Assembly: GCF_006345805.1 (NCBI RefSeq)
Contig: NC_043004.1
Location: 82,584,001 to 82,648,000, forward strand
DNA from: Octopus sinensis
Taxonomy: Eukaryota
Length of the DNA: 64,000 nt
Reading direction: 5' to 3'
In this document: piece after piece, positions 28,458 through 43,140 of the stretch
How the letters are laid out: each line of letters opens with the position of its first letter
Numbering within the stretch: position 1 is the stretch's first letter
Position numbers and translations under genes: made by a program
The notes under the pieces: generated by a model
What the model saw: only the letters and a program-made list of their open reading frames with translations
Database searches by the model: none
What the model was told of the DNA's origin: nothing

Positions 28458-29415
28458 ATGGAACTAAAAGAAACACGATTCTACAAAATATTACAATTTT
28501 ATGGAAAATTTAATATCTTTAACGTATCACTAATGAATATATCACTGAAATCTCTTAAATGTAAAAATATCTGTATCTCTGCCTTTTACATCCTGTATCC
28601 TGTATTTCTGATTACAAACCTTTTTACATCTATGTATTATATAATAGAATTGTTTCATAGCAAAAGTGATGGAATATTTCTAGAAATTTATACTCAATTT
28701 TTACTGTGTTTGCTTTCACTCTACTTTCTGATCAAATTCTTCTGAAAATCTAAAGACAAAGAAATACTCGAAGCATTTACAGAATTTAAAATTGAAAAAG
28801 ACGATGAAAAATTCTATAACAATAACTTAATATTTTCTTTCATATCAATTTCTATAGCTGTATTGCTGCCACCAATTTTATTCGCTCTGAAGGACATCAT
28901 TCTCATGATTCTCATGAACTATGTTTGGAATTCCTCAAAAAATTATTTAAGCAGCATCAAAACTCTTGAATTTAGTATTTCATTAATTTTCATTTTATTT
29001 GATAGTATATTATATGCGTGCATACTATATGATTGGTATATCAATATGGCAATTGGAACAGCACTGCAGTATGAATTTAATAAAGTAGCTAGCGAGGCTG
29101 AGAAATACGTAAAAGAGAAGCATTTAAATACTTCGTATTTCTTTAAAAAATATAAAGAGATTCTAGAAATATGTAACTCACATAAAATATGTAACTCACA
29201 GTAAAACACTGAATTTAGTAAATGCATTACTTCAATTGTCTTCGGGATTTATCGCACTCGTTAGTATTACTGGATGTTGTGTTGCTACGTATATAATTAT
29301 AAATAATTCATACAAAATGATGCTCACTTATTACCTTTCCATTATGTTTGTGACTTCTTTGAACATGATTCTTCTTATAACAATGATACGGATTGGAGTT
29401 CGTTTACATGAACCG
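28458..29415 (+). pseudogene. GRL-like exon copy 3
   Basis: CGA>TGA at 28743; local duplication aaatatgtaactcac (~29184) gives a net +7 frameshift; donor CCG|GTAAGT at 29416. Confidence 0.85.
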
Positions 29416-30321
29416 GTAAGTTATATAATAATATATAATCGTACTTTTTCTTCAATTCTATTTTACATATTACATCATAAAAGATGTCGTATATGTTATC
29501 CCTATTTTCTCGGTGTTTTAAATGTTTGTGATATTTTACCTTCTGATAACCGTCCTGCACCTTTTGATTCCCAAATGTGAAAATGAGAGACAGGTAAAAA
29601 AATGGACAAAAATCTGTCATCATTACCACTAGGTCTATTATTTCTAGCACCAACTAATTTTTTTCTCATTCCATCATTCATTCACACTTTCTCTCTCTTT
29701 GACTTTGCAACAGTTCTTTGTGAAAGGTGTTAGGGATTCCACACAAGTTCTCGCTTATTCAAGAAATGATGAGGGTTTGTGTGAATAGTTAAAAATCTGT
29801 TCACGTAAACGCGATATGGCCAATGCTAGTAATGGTTTTATTTCTAGCAGACAATGTTACGACCTTCTAATAATTCAATAACAATAAGTGATGTCAACAA
29901 CAGAAATTTTTTGAAGACGTCATTATAAAATTAATAATGCTCCACTGATGTTTTTGGATTTCCCAGAAGTTTTATTTTCTTTTTTGGGTCACGTATTTAT
30001 TTCATTATTTCCTTATTTCTTTACTTCCTTCTTTTTTTTATTTTTCCTTCTTTCTTCTGTTGAACCTGCTCTTGCTCGTCCTCTTCCTTCACCTAATTAT
30101 TCTACTATTTAAAAACAACAACCACAAGAACAACTAAACAAAAACAACAACAACAGCAACAGTAATAATACTTCTCAAATTATTTTCAATACAGTATTCG
30201 TAAGAGCACCACAACAAACCATAACACTTACCCAAGGCACACAGAGCTCCGTTTTGTAGTTCAGTGAACGCGCGTGATAAAAATAAACCACTGAATGATG
30301 ATAATAATAATAATAATAACG

Positions 30322-30357
<36 letters not shown>

Positions 30358-31020
30358 TTAATAATAATATAATAATATTAATAATAATAATAATGATAAT
30401 AATGATAATGATGATGATGATGATGATAATAATAATAAAAATAGTAAGAATATTAATTGCAAAAACAAAAACAGTATGGAGCCCAACAACCGATCGCTGA
30501 TGTCAACTGGCTGTAAATGGGGACAGATCAAGTTGGGAGAGGCTTCATAGCAGTAGAAAAGTTTATACAGAAAAGTGTAATAGAGTACTCACAGAGCACT
30601 ACTGATAGATTACTAAAATACAGCCATGCATACATACTCACATACATACAAACATATATATATATATTTATATTTTAATATATGACAGAAAATGGAAACA
30701 TATTGAGAAAACAATTGAATGACATCAACTATTATTATTTAATTCAATACAAATAGACTGCATCCTATCTAAGAGCTGTTTCTACTTCAATTTCTATTGC
30801 CATTGACATGCTAAAAATATCTTTCTTAAACATGGAGCTTAATGAGATGGAAAAAAAAGGAAGAGCCTAGAGGAGAAAAAGGAAACGTTGAATATGGTTA
30901 AATGTGTAATATTTTGCTTGTTTATCTCTCTGGTACATTAAGTAAATGTCAAAGTTTAAAATACTATACGGTAGGTTAATCATTTGTACGAGTGGTGACA
31001 GTATTGATACGCAATTACCT

Positions 31021-31058
<38 letters not shown>

Positions 31059-31136
31059 CATATATGTATATGTATATCTGTATCTATGTATATATCTATA
31101 TCTATATCTGTCTATTTATTTACCTGCCTATGTAAG

Positions 31137-31176
<40 letters not shown>

Positions 31177-31177
31177 A

Positions 31178-31209
<32 letters not shown>

Positions 31210-31940
31210 CTCTATCTATCTATCTATATATATATGTATATATATATATAAAACACAAAACTAGATATTATGTACTTCGCCATTCCAAGAACACATGGAA
31301 ATATCCATGCAGCTACATTGAACTTTGATTTGGGTAAAATGCATAAACGTCCCTCTGTAATTCATCCACTGAGGCCTTATCACCCGATGGATTTGATTAA
31401 TGATGTTGAAGAACCGGATGATGACGGACGATACGACCGATACTGTTCACATCGCAATGATACAGTCTCTGATTGTAATGTCATGTAATTTGTTGAAACG
31501 CATGCCATTGAACCTCTTTATCACAGGTTTTGTTGGACCTTCTGGAGTGTTGCATGCGTTACGTGCTTGTTACCTGCGACGTTATCCATTCTTTTCATGT
31601 TATTCATTGTTTTCAGCTACGTATTAATTTCCTGATTCTTCTCGTCTGGCTTTGTGTACAAGCAATTTCTGTATGACGAATAGACATGCTGGGCTCAAAC
31701 ACATTGCACTTTCGGTCGAAAGGCGTTATCATTGGCTTATTAACACCATTATTTGATACATTTCTTTAGACACATTTCCCCAAAATTGAGTTTGTTTGCT
31801 TAAATGTTAGCCAGCAACCGGTCTTTTTATCGAGACACGATTCGTACTAAGTTTGGAAACCAAGCCTACAGGGCTACTAAAACCCATAAGTTGGGCCTGT
31901 ATCCATCGTATCGTTATTATTATTGTTATATACATACATA

Positions 31941-31989
<49 letters not shown>

Positions 31990-32025
31990 GCATATATATA
32001 TACATATAAATACACACACACACAG

Positions 32026-32084
<59 letters not shown>

Positions 32085-32086
<2 letters not shown>

Positions 32087-32281
32087 GGTCCCGGGTTGAG
32101 TCGGGGTTAACCACAGTAAATAAGGTACTCAATACATAGCAGAGTACATTAATTTATTTGCTAGAAGGAGCTTATACAGGACTAGAACTGTTTCATTCAA
32201 AAGAAATCATCAGGAAGCTTCCTGATGATTTCTTTTGAAAGAAACAGTTCTAGTCCTGTAGAAGCTCCTTCTATAAAATAA

Positions 32282-32290
<9 letters not shown>
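32085..32290. mobile_element. Small non-autonomous palindromic insertion (Penelope-terminus-like) in (TA)n
   Basis: Palindrome centred on ggaagcttcc (~32218); absent at paralogous positions ~15580 and ~44870. Confidence 0.75.
32216..32266 (+). ncRNA. Canonical type I hammerhead ribozyme
   Basis: agcttc CTGATGA tttc tttt gaaa GAAA cag ttctagtc ctg TA gaagct: all three stems pair, core conserved, GUA triplet. Confidence 0.85.
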
Positions 32291-32331
<41 letters not shown>

Positions 32332-32493
32332 GTTTACATAATAAACATATACATATGTACGTATATATAACTGTGTGTATATGCGTGTTAGTGTGTGCCT
32401 GTGTTTATCTGTGTGTAATGGTCGTGTGTAGAATTGTTTACAGAAACATACATATATAAAGATGATACACATACACACCCGCACACACAAACA

Positions 32494-32529
<36 letters not shown>

Positions 32530-32854
32530 TGCATATATTTATACGATTGTGCTCGGAAATGTTCCTGGTTTCCACGAAATAAAATACAATAGGATCAGTA
32601 GGTTATGATTTTCCCGAACATAGTTCCCTCAATCACGCTGCAATTCACGCCCCTATTGCAGCGGTGTTTAAGTCTCTCTTACCCATGTAAAGGGATACAG
32701 AATTTCGAGGCTCGAAGAAGGCTTTTCGTGACATCCTTAAAACGAGGATATTTTTAGCGCCAACTCCACCGCATATACAAATACGAACACATGTATACGC
32801 ACACAAACACACAGACACATACAACAAACATAACACACAACACAAACACCTATC

Positions 32855-32900
<46 letters not shown>

Positions 32901-33039
32901 TATATACATATATGTATATATACTTACACCTTTATGCAGAAACACAACACTTAATCATACCTATGTACAGTTAAAATGACAGAGAACAAATCATATTTAT
33001 AAATATATATCTGTATATATATATATATATATATATATG

Positions 33040-33191
33040 TACAGAACTGTCTTGCTGGTAAGAAGCCTGCTTCCCAACCGCACGGTTTCGCTTCCGTATT
33101 GCACATGTCTTCTACCATTGCTTTGGACTGACAAAACACTTGTCAGTGTGTTTGGTAGAGGAAAACTTAAAGAAGCTTGTCGAAAATATGC

Positions 33192-33251
<60 letters not shown>

Positions 33252-33304
33252 GTATGTATTTGCGTGTCTGTCTTTGTCACCCATACCAGAGCTTAACAAC
33301 TGAT
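33040..33304 (+). mobile_element. Decayed tRNA-derived SINE fused to truncated receptor copy 4
   Basis: ggtaagaag..gcttcccaacc...tttggtaga.gaaac...(TA)n..gtgtctgtctttgtc matches the family at 60325-60740; paralog at 46833-47125. Confidence 0.65.
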
Positions 33305-34036
33305 CGTATAATTGTATATATTTATGCACTATTTCTTCTGTTTCATATCAATCTACGGTCTGATCAAATTCTTCAGTAAATCTAAAGAGAAAGAATACGG
33401 GAAGCATTCACCGAACTTACAATTAAAGAAGACGATGAAAAATTCTATAACAATAACATAATATTTTCTTTTATATCTCTTTCTATAGTGATGTTGATGC
33501 CGCCTATTATACTCAATATCATAGTATACGTTCTCCCGTTTTGATGTACAACTTTCGGAAATCCTCAAAAAATTATTTAAATACCAGAAAAACTCTTGAA
33601 TTTATAATTTCATTAATTTTCATTTTATTTGGTTTTATATTATTTACGTGCATACTCTATGATTAGTATATCAATATGGAATTTGGGACTGCACTGCAGT
33701 ATGAGTTTAATAAAGTAGCGAGCGAGGCTGAGAGATACGTAAAAGAAAAGCATTCAAATATTTCGTACTTCTTTAAGAAATATAAAGAGATTCCAGAAAT
33801 ATGTAACTCACATGATAGTCTGAGTAAAACACTGAATTTAGTAAAGAACCATTTCAATTGTCTTCGGGATTTATCGTACTCATTAGTATTACTGGATGTT
33901 GTGTTGCTACTTATATAATTATAAATCATTCATTTCAAAATACTTTCCCTGAACGTAATTCCGTATTATTTGTGGCTTCGTTGAACACGATGCTTTTGAT
34001 CAGGACGATGTGGATTGGTTTCGTTTTAATAAATCG
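33305..34036 (+). pseudogene. GRL-like exon copy 4, 5'-truncated
   Basis: Starts in TM2; TGG>TAG at ~33664 plus frameshifts; GTALQYEFNK retained; donor TCG|GTAAGT at 34037. Confidence 0.85.
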
Positions 34037-34794
34037 GTAAGTCATATAATATATAATCGCAATTATTCTTTAATTTCATTTTCCATATCACATCATAAAA
34101 AATATCGAAGATGTTATCCTAATTAAATCGGTCTTTGGAATTATGTGATATATTTCCTTCCGATATCCGTCTTGTATCTTTTGATTCCCAAAGATGAACA
34201 TGAGATAGAGGTGAAATAATGGAAAAAGATCTTCCATTACTACCATTATGACTATTATGTCTCCAACCATAGAATTTTGCTTTGCATTCGATCTATCTAT
34301 CTCTCGTTCTCTGTCTTTATTTTTGGACTTTGCTAAATATATATATATATCCGTTCTGTCTGTCTGGCAGTATGTCTTCTCTGATCTCGTGAATCCTCCA
34401 TCCTATTGGGCTCAAATGTGATATGTTGATACCGATGGAATCAGGGCGTATATAAGTCTTGAAAAAGTACAAAAATCGATTCTTGGTGAGAATGGGATCG
34501 ATAAAGCCGCTGAAGTCCTGCTTTTCTTCCATTGTTTTTGTACTGTTTAGAGGCACGTTTCTTTCCTGCCAAGCTTACTGTTTAAACCATGTTTCTGTTC
34601 TCCCAGTCAACAGCCTTATCATTACTGGTACTTTAAACTCTTCGTTTGCATATTTGCGTGAATAAAATCTTTTTCTTTGGAATAGAAAAATAAGTCTAAC
34701 TTTATTTCCTCTTTTGCCGGTATCTCAAATTTAGGTTAAATCAGGATCGGTCGGACAAGTTGTTTTGAGAAAATTTTGTTTAAATGTTTGGCAA

Positions 34795-34838
<44 letters not shown>

Positions 34839-35059
34839 TAAAGCACAAGTACTTCTCCATTCCAAGTACACACGGAAGTATCCACATAGCTTCATTAGTC
34901 TTCATCTTGGTAAAAAGGGATAAAGCTACATCTGTGATTCATCCACTGATATATTTTCACCTAATGGAATGGATTTATGATGTTGATAAAATGGATAATT
35001 ACGGATAATACGGACTATACTGTACTCATACACAAACATAAATATAACAATTATTACAC

Positions 35060-35090
<31 letters not shown>

Positions 35091-36058
35091 TAAACACACG
35101 CATATATATAAGGGTGTGTTTGGAAATGGTCCTGGAGTAGGCAAAAATATAATACAAGGATATCAGTCAGTTATGATTCCCTCAGCACAGCTCCCTCATT
35201 CTGCGACTCACGAAACTATTGCAGTTGGGCTTCAGTTTTTCTAATATCTTTAATGAACTTTTTAATATTTTCTCAAGATATTTCATTATAAACTGTTTTT
35301 AATATTTTAAACATTTTTATCAAAGAAAGTATATATATATATTGCGATATTTTCTGACAACCAGTATTTAACACAACAAAGCTTTTACAAATCTTTATAT
35401 TTTAATATTGACAAAATTTTCCTAAAAAGTGAAACCGGTCAAGTGATTAAACATTATTAAAATTACATTATCAAACATTTTCTTTTCATATATTTATATA
35501 GTTAAGTGACATCTTATATGTAAGAGAAATCTTTTATAAAAGACAAATCTTCTCATTCGTCGCAGATAATAGTACTAATCAATTCACATCAATTTAGAAC
35601 CAACGCTTCATACAAAGCAAACTAATGGAGAAGAATAAAATATCGATATTGTAATCAATATACTTGCGAAAGTCGAATGAACATAAAGTAATATCACACA
35701 TAAATTCATAATAGATTGTTGGAATTCATTTTCCTATAAGCTTTAAAATGTGTTGATTGAATATAAATCATTTTAGATAAATATCTTAAGAAGCTTATCG
35801 AGTAATATTCAATTTCACATGTATTTTAAAATCCATAGCAACAGATTTGAAATAATCCCTACGGACAAACAAATCGGGAGATATTATATAACAGCTTTAT
35901 CCGATAGCTTTATTTCCAATTCTTTCGTAACACACAGAGCTTTGCAACACTCTCACCTTAATATAGAAATCTTAAACAAAAACAAGAACTCTGTATTTTA
36001 TGTCAACGTGTTTAACTCTCTATATAGAAGTTGTGAGAAATATTTTATTACAAAAAGT

Positions 36059-36811
36059 ATGGAACTAAAAGAAACACGATTCTATAAATTACTACAATTT
36101 TATGGGAAAATTAATATTTCTCAGATATCACTTATGAACATATCACTGAAATCTCTCAAATGTAAAAATATCTTTATCTCTGCGTTTTACATCCTGTATC
36201 CTGTATATCTGATTACAAATCCCACTATAACTATGTATGCTATAATAGGATTGCGTCATAAATCTCATGAAAGATTTGTATTTATTTATACACTATTTTT
36301 TATGTGTTTGCCTTCACTCTACTGTCTGATCAAATTCTTCCGAAAATCTAAAGACAAAGAATTACTCGAAGCATTTACCGAACTTAAAATTGAAAAAGAC
36401 GATGAAAAATTCTATAACAATAACATAATATTTTCTTTTATATCAATTTCTATAGTTGTATTGCTGCCACCAATTTTACTCACTCTGATGAAAATCGTTT
36501 TCATGAACTTTATTTGGAATTACTCAACAAAATATTTAAGCAGCATCGAAGCTCTTGAATTTACTATTTCATTAATTTGCACTTTATTTGATTGTATATT
36601 ATTTACGTGCATACTCTATGATTGGTATATCAATATGGCAATTGGAACTGCACTGCAGTATGAGTTTAATAAATTAGCGAGAGAGGCTGAGAAATACGTA
36701 AAAGAAAAGCATTCAAATACTTCGTATTTCTTTAAGAAATATAAAGAGATTCCAGAAATATGTAACTCATATAATACTCTGAGTAAAACACTGAATTTAG
36801 TAAATGAATCA
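36059..36811 (+). pseudogene. GRL-like exon copy 5 (copy 1 subtype), 3'-truncated at an inversion breakpoint
   Basis: Open for 251 codons to LVNES, then joins directly to the middle of a SINE belonging to the inverted block. Confidence 0.85.
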
Positions 36812-37008
36812 CTCGACTTTGCATTTCATCCTTTCGGGGTCAATAAATTAAGTACCAGTTACGCAATGGGGTCGATATAACCGACTTAAAACCTATGTCT
36901 TTCCTTGTTTGTCCCCTCTGTGTTTAGCCCCTTGTGGGTAATAAAGAAATAGAGATAGATACAGTTAGATGGATATATATATAGATACAGATATACATAT
37001 AGTGTATG

Positions 37009-37094
<86 letters not shown>

Positions 37095-37786
37095 TGTGTG
37101 TGCGGTAATTGTGTATCAATCATGTCACCACTCGTACTAACGATTAACCTACCATATACTATTTTAAAGTTGTCATTTACTTAGTGTACCAAAGAGATAC
37201 ACAAGCAAAATATTACACGTTTAACCATATTCAACGTTTCCTTTTTCTTCTCTAGGCTCTTCCTTTTTATTTTTTTTCCAACTGTTGAAGCTCCATGTTT
37301 CAGATAGATATTTTTAGCATGTCAATGGCAATAGAAATTGAAGTAGAAACAGCTCTTAGATTGGATGCAGTCTATTTGTATTGAATTAAATAATAATAGT
37401 TAATGTCATTCAATTCTTTTTCCTCAATATTTCTCCATTTTCTGTCATATATATAAATATAAATATAAATATATATATTTGTATGTATGTGTGTATGTAT
37501 GTACTCTAGTAATCTATCTGTAGTGCTCTGTAAGTACTGAAATTTTCTGTATAAATTTTTCTACTGCTGTGAAGCCCCTCCCAACATCTTCTGTCCCCAT
37601 TTACAAACGGTTAACATCAGCGATCAGTTGTTGAGCGCCATACTGTTATTATTTTTGCTATAAATTTTATTACTATTTTTACTATTATCATCATCATTAT
37701 TGTTATTATTATTATTGTTGTTATTATATTTATTATTATTATTGTTATTATTATTATAATTATTATTATTATTGTTGTTATGATTA

Positions 37787-37822
<36 letters not shown>

Positions 37823-37857
37823 GATAATCATTATTATTAATATAATTATTTTTATCT

Positions 37858-37979
37858 TTTTTTCCTCTTCTTTCAAATTTGCTTCTATTTCTTGCCGGGT
37901 GTCTTCCCGACTCCTAGAGCAAAGAAACTCATTGTATACATTGGTAGGCCATTCAACTAAACTCACTAGTTCATTCATT
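37858..37979 (-). mobile_element. 3'UTR fragment of the second R4/Dong-like family
   Basis: Reverse complement of 54720-54835; followed by (AAT)n on its own strand. Confidence 0.8.
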
Positions 37980-38113
37980 TACCGCCGGTTGACATCAGCG
38001 ATTGGTTGTTGGGCTCCATACTGTCATTATTTTTGCTATAAATTTTGTTACTATTTTTATTATTATCATCATTATTTTTATTATTATTATTGTTGTTGTT
38101 ATTATTATTATCA

Positions 38114-38167
<54 letters not shown>

Positions 38168-39152
38168 TATTTAATTATTATCATTATTATTATTATTGTT
38201 ATTATTATTATTATTATTATTACTTTTTATTATTATCATTATTATTATTATTGTTATTATTATTATTAATATTCAGTAGTTTTTTTTATCATGCGCGTTC
38301 ATTGCACTACAAAGCGGAGTTCTGTTTGCCTTGGGTAAGTGTTATGGTTTGTTGTGGTGCTCTTATGGTTAGAGTATTGAAAGTGATTTAAGAAGGATTA
38401 TTATTGTTGCTGTTTTTGTTGTTTTTTATTTAGTTGTTCTTGTGGTCGCTGTTTTTAATTAGTAGAAAGACTAGGTGAAAGAAGAGGACGAGGAAGAGCA
38501 GGTTCAACAGAAGAAAGAAGGAAAAACAAAAAAAGGAGGAAGAAAAGAAATAAGGAAATAATGAAATAAATACATGACCCAAAAAAGAAAATAAAACTTC
38601 TGGGAAATCCAAAAACATCAGTGGAGCATTATTAATTTTATAATGACGTCTTCAAAAAATTTCTGTTGTTGACATCACTTATTGTTATTGAATTATTAGA
38701 AGGTCGTAACATTGTCTGCTAGAAATAAAACCATACTAGCATTGGCCAATAGCGCGTCCATGTGAACAGATTTTTAACTATTCACACAAACCCTCATCTT
38801 TTTTTGAATAAGTGTGAACTTGTGTGGCATCCCTATCACCTTTAACAAAGAACTGTTGCAAAGTCCGGGACAAAGAGAAAGTGTGAATGAATGATGGAAT
38901 GAGAAAAAATTTAGATGGTGGTACAAATAATAGACCTAGTGGTAATGATGGCAGATTTTTGTCCATTGTTTTACCTCTATCTCATTTTCACATTTGGGAA
39001 TCAAAAGTTGCAGGACGGATATCAGAAGATAAGATATCACTTAAAATTAAAACACCGAGGAAATTGGGATAACATATAGGACATCTTTTATGATGTAATA
39101 TGTTATATAGAACTGAAGAAAAAGTACGATTATATATTATTATATAACTTAC

Positions 39153-40102
39153 CGATTCATTTAAACGAACTCCAATCCGTATCATTGTGATTAGAAGAAT
39201 CACGTTCACAGAAGCCACAAACATAATGGAAAGGTAATAAGTGAGCATCATTTTGTATGAATTATTTATAATTACATACGTAGCAACACAACATCCAGTA
39301 ATACTAACGAGTGCGATAAGTCCCGAAGACAATTGAAATGATGCATTTACTAAATTCAGTAACTTACTCAGAGTATCATGTGAATTACATATTTCTGGAA
39401 TCTCTTTATATTTCTTAAAGAAATACGAAGTATTTGAATGCTTTTCTTTCACGTATCTCTCAGCCTCGCTCGCTACTTTATTAAACTCATACTGCAGGGC
39501 AGTTCCAATTGCCATATTGATATACCAATCATAGAGTATGCACGCATATAATATACTATTAAATAAAGTAAAAATTAATGAACTAATAAATTCAAGAGTT
39601 TTGATGGTGCTTAAATATTTTGTTGAGGAATTCGAAACATAGTTCATGAGAATCATGAGAACGATGTCAATCAGAGCGAATAAAATTGGTGGCAGCAATA
39701 CAACTATAGAAAGTGATATAAAAGAAAATAATAAGTTATTGTTATAGAATTTTTCATCGTCTTCTTCAAATTTAATTTCGGTAAATGCTTCGAGTATTCT
39801 TTCTCTTTAGATTTTCGGAAGAATTTGATCAGATAGTAGAGTGAAGGCAAACACAGTAAAAATTGTGCATAAAATTCTAGAAATATTCCATCACTTTTGC
39901 TATGAAACAATTCTATTATAGTATACATAGATATAATGAGGTTTGTAATCAGAAATACAGGATACAGGATGTAAAAGGCAGAGATACAGATATTTTTACA
40001 TTTGAGAGATTTCAGTGATATGTTCATAAGTGATATCTTAGAAATATTAATTTTTCCATAAAATTGTAATATTTTGTAGAATCGTGTTTCTTTTAGTTCC
40101 AT
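39153..40102 (-). pseudogene. GRL-like exon copy 6 (inverted), single 1-nt deletion
   Basis: ORFs 39704-40102 and 38988-39698 are joined by one missing base at ~39797 (gaa-tactc vs gaaatactc); donor TCG|GTAAGT at 39152. Confidence 0.85.
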
Positions 40103-40656
40103 ACTTTTTGTAACAAAATATTTCTCACAACTGCCTTATAGAGAGTTACACACGTTGACATAAAAAACAGAGGCCTTCATTTTGTTTAAGATTTCTATAT
40201 TAAGGTGAGAGTGTTGCAAAGCTCTGTGTGTTGCGAAAGAACTGGAAATAAGGATATCGGATAAAGCTGTTATATAATGTCTCCAGCTTTGTTTGTATGT
40301 AAGAATTGTTTCAAATCTGTTGCTATGGATTTAAAATACACGTCAAATTGAATATTACTCGATAAGCTTCTTAAGATATTAATCTGAAATGATTTATATT
40401 CATTCACCACTTTTTAAAGCTTATAGGAAAATGAATTCCGACAATCTATTATGAATTTATGTGTGATATTACTCTGATGTTAATTTGACTTTCGCAAGTA
40501 TATTAATTACAATATCGATATTTTATTCTTCTCCATTAGCTTGTAATGTATAAAGTGTTTGATCCAAATTCATGTGCATTGACTAGTTCTATTATCTGCG
40601 ACGTATAAGAAGATTAGTCTTTTATATAAGATTTCTCTCACATGAGATGCCACTTA

Positions 40657-40733
<77 letters not shown>

Positions 40734-41383
40734 TATATTAAAAAACTGCCACTTTAAAGATGTTTAATCACATGACCGGTTTCACTTGTTGGAAAAAGAA
40801 TGTCAAATTAAAATGTAAAGCTTTGTAAAAGCTTTGTTGTGTTAAGTACTGGTTGTCACAAAATAAAACGATATATATACATATATATACATTCTTTGAT
40901 AAAAATAGGAAAAAATATTAAAAACAGTTTACAAGAAAATATCTTCAGAAAATATTAAATAGTTCATTAAAGATATTAGAGAAACTGAAGTACAGCTGCA
41001 ATAGTGTCGTGGGTCGCAGAGTGCGGGAGCACTGTTGAGGGTATCATAACCGACTGATCTCCTTGTATTATATTTTTTGCATTATCCAGGAACATTTCCG
41101 AACACACCTTTATATATATGCACATGGGTTGTGTGTGCGTGCATTAACTATTCTATTTATGTATGTGTATGAGTACAGTAACGTCCGTATTATCCGTAGT
41201 TATCCATTTGATCAACATCATTAATCCATTCCATTTGGTGAAAATATATCAGTGGATGAATCACAGATGTAGTTTGATCCCTTTTTACTAAGATGAAGAC
41301 TAATGGAGCTATGTGGATATTTCCGTGTATACTTGGAATGGAGAAGTACTTGATCTTTACTTATATATATATATACACACACG

Positions 41384-41443
<60 letters not shown>

Positions 41444-41954
41444 ATATATATATATGTGTATACGATCGAAAGTCCCCCGTCCTATAGACGGGCATCCGTT
41501 GTCAAACAATTAAACAAAAGTTTCTCAAAACAACTTGTCCGACCGTTTCATAGAGAAACACTGATTTAACCTCAATTTGAGACACCAGCAAAAGAAGAAA
41601 TAAAGATAGACTTATTTTTCTATTCCAAAACAAAGATTATATTCACGAATATATGCAAATGAAGAATTTAAAGTACCAGTAATGGTAAGGTTGTTGACTG
41701 GGAGAACACAAACATGGTTTAAACAGTAAGCTTGGCAGGAAAGAAACGTGCCTTTAAGCAATACAAAAGCAACGAAAGAAAAGCAGGACAGAAACGGCTT
41801 TATCGATCGCATTCTCACCTAGAGTCGATTTTTGTAATTTTTTGAAGACTTATATACGCCCTGATACCGTCGATATCTACATATCACATTTGAGCGCAAT
41901 CGGATATGAGGATGCATGAGATCCGAGAAGACACACAGCCAGACAGGCAGAACG

Positions 41955-41985
<31 letters not shown>

Positions 41986-41995
41986 CATATATAGA

Positions 41996-42086
<91 letters not shown>

Positions 42087-42514
42087 CTTATAAGCAAGGG
42101 CTAAGGAAGAGTATTCCAAAGCCAATATACTGATTTTCCACATATAATCCACTTGCTACAGAAAAATTGATCTGATGTCGGGCAAACTAACCGTTAGAAT
42201 ATTTAAATTTCGTTATCTCTATATTGAATCAATTTCGGAATTAATCTCAGAAAGGATTTGTTCTTCATCGTTAGAGCTTACGAGAGAATATAAGTAAGAT
42301 ACTTACATGCACCTATAGAAAAAGCCGAAGCAAAGAACATAAGTACATTTAAGTACCTCAGTTATATCTAAAAATTAAAATTCTTTGGTCAGCCTCAGAA
42401 CAACGTTCGCCGCTACAGATTGTGCGAGCCCAACAACCGATCTCTGATGTCAACCGACTGTAAATGGGGACAGATGAAGTTGGGAGAGGCTTCACAGCAG
42501 TAGAAAAACTTATG

Positions 42515-42582
42515 ATTTTGATTTTGATTTTGATTTTTCCAGTTTCAGCTTATGAGCTGTGGCCATGCTTGGGCACCGCCAT
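42515..42582 (-). mobile_element. SINE 3'-end fragment with (AAAATC)n tail
   Basis: gtggccatgcttgggcaccgcc resembles 60365-60386; absent in paralogous sites; possible ttat duplication. Confidence 0.6.
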
Positions 42583-42641
42583 TATACAGAAAAGTGTAAT
42601 AGAATACTTACAGAGCACTACTGATACATTACTAAAGTACA

Positions 42642-42675
<34 letters not shown>

Positions 42676-43029
42676 CATATATTTATATTTATATATATGA
42701 CAGAAAATGGAAAAAGAATTGAATGACATCAATTATTATTATTTAATTCAATACAAATAGACTGCATCCCATCTAAGAGCTTTGTCTAATTCTATTTCTA
42801 TTGCCATTGTGATGCTAAGGATATCTATCTAAAACATGGAGCTTCAACAGATGGAGGAAAAAATAAAAAGGAAGAGCCTAGAGAAGAAAAAGGAAACTTT
42901 GAATATGGTTAAATGTGTAATATTTTGCTTGTGTATCATTTTGGTACGTTAAATAAATGACAAAGTTTAAAATAGTATATGGTAGGTTAATCCTTAGTAC
43001 GAGTGGAGACAGGATTGATACACAATTAC

Positions 43030-43072
<43 letters not shown>

Positions 43073-43140
43073 CACATATATATATATATATATACATACA
43101 TACATATATGTATATCTGTATCTATATATATATCCATCTA

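Larger units (their letters stand above)
36812..42423 (-). repeat. Inverted segmental duplicate of one array unit
   Basis: Reverse complement matches 17746-18038 plus 23970-31020 (without their Penelope/CR1 insertions) and the SINE half at ~14220-14355. Confidence 0.88.

Noticed and set aside
35819-36058. 80-aa N-terminal extension of copy 5
   Set aside because: The same upstream block has stops in copy 1 and others; the conserved start is MELKE.
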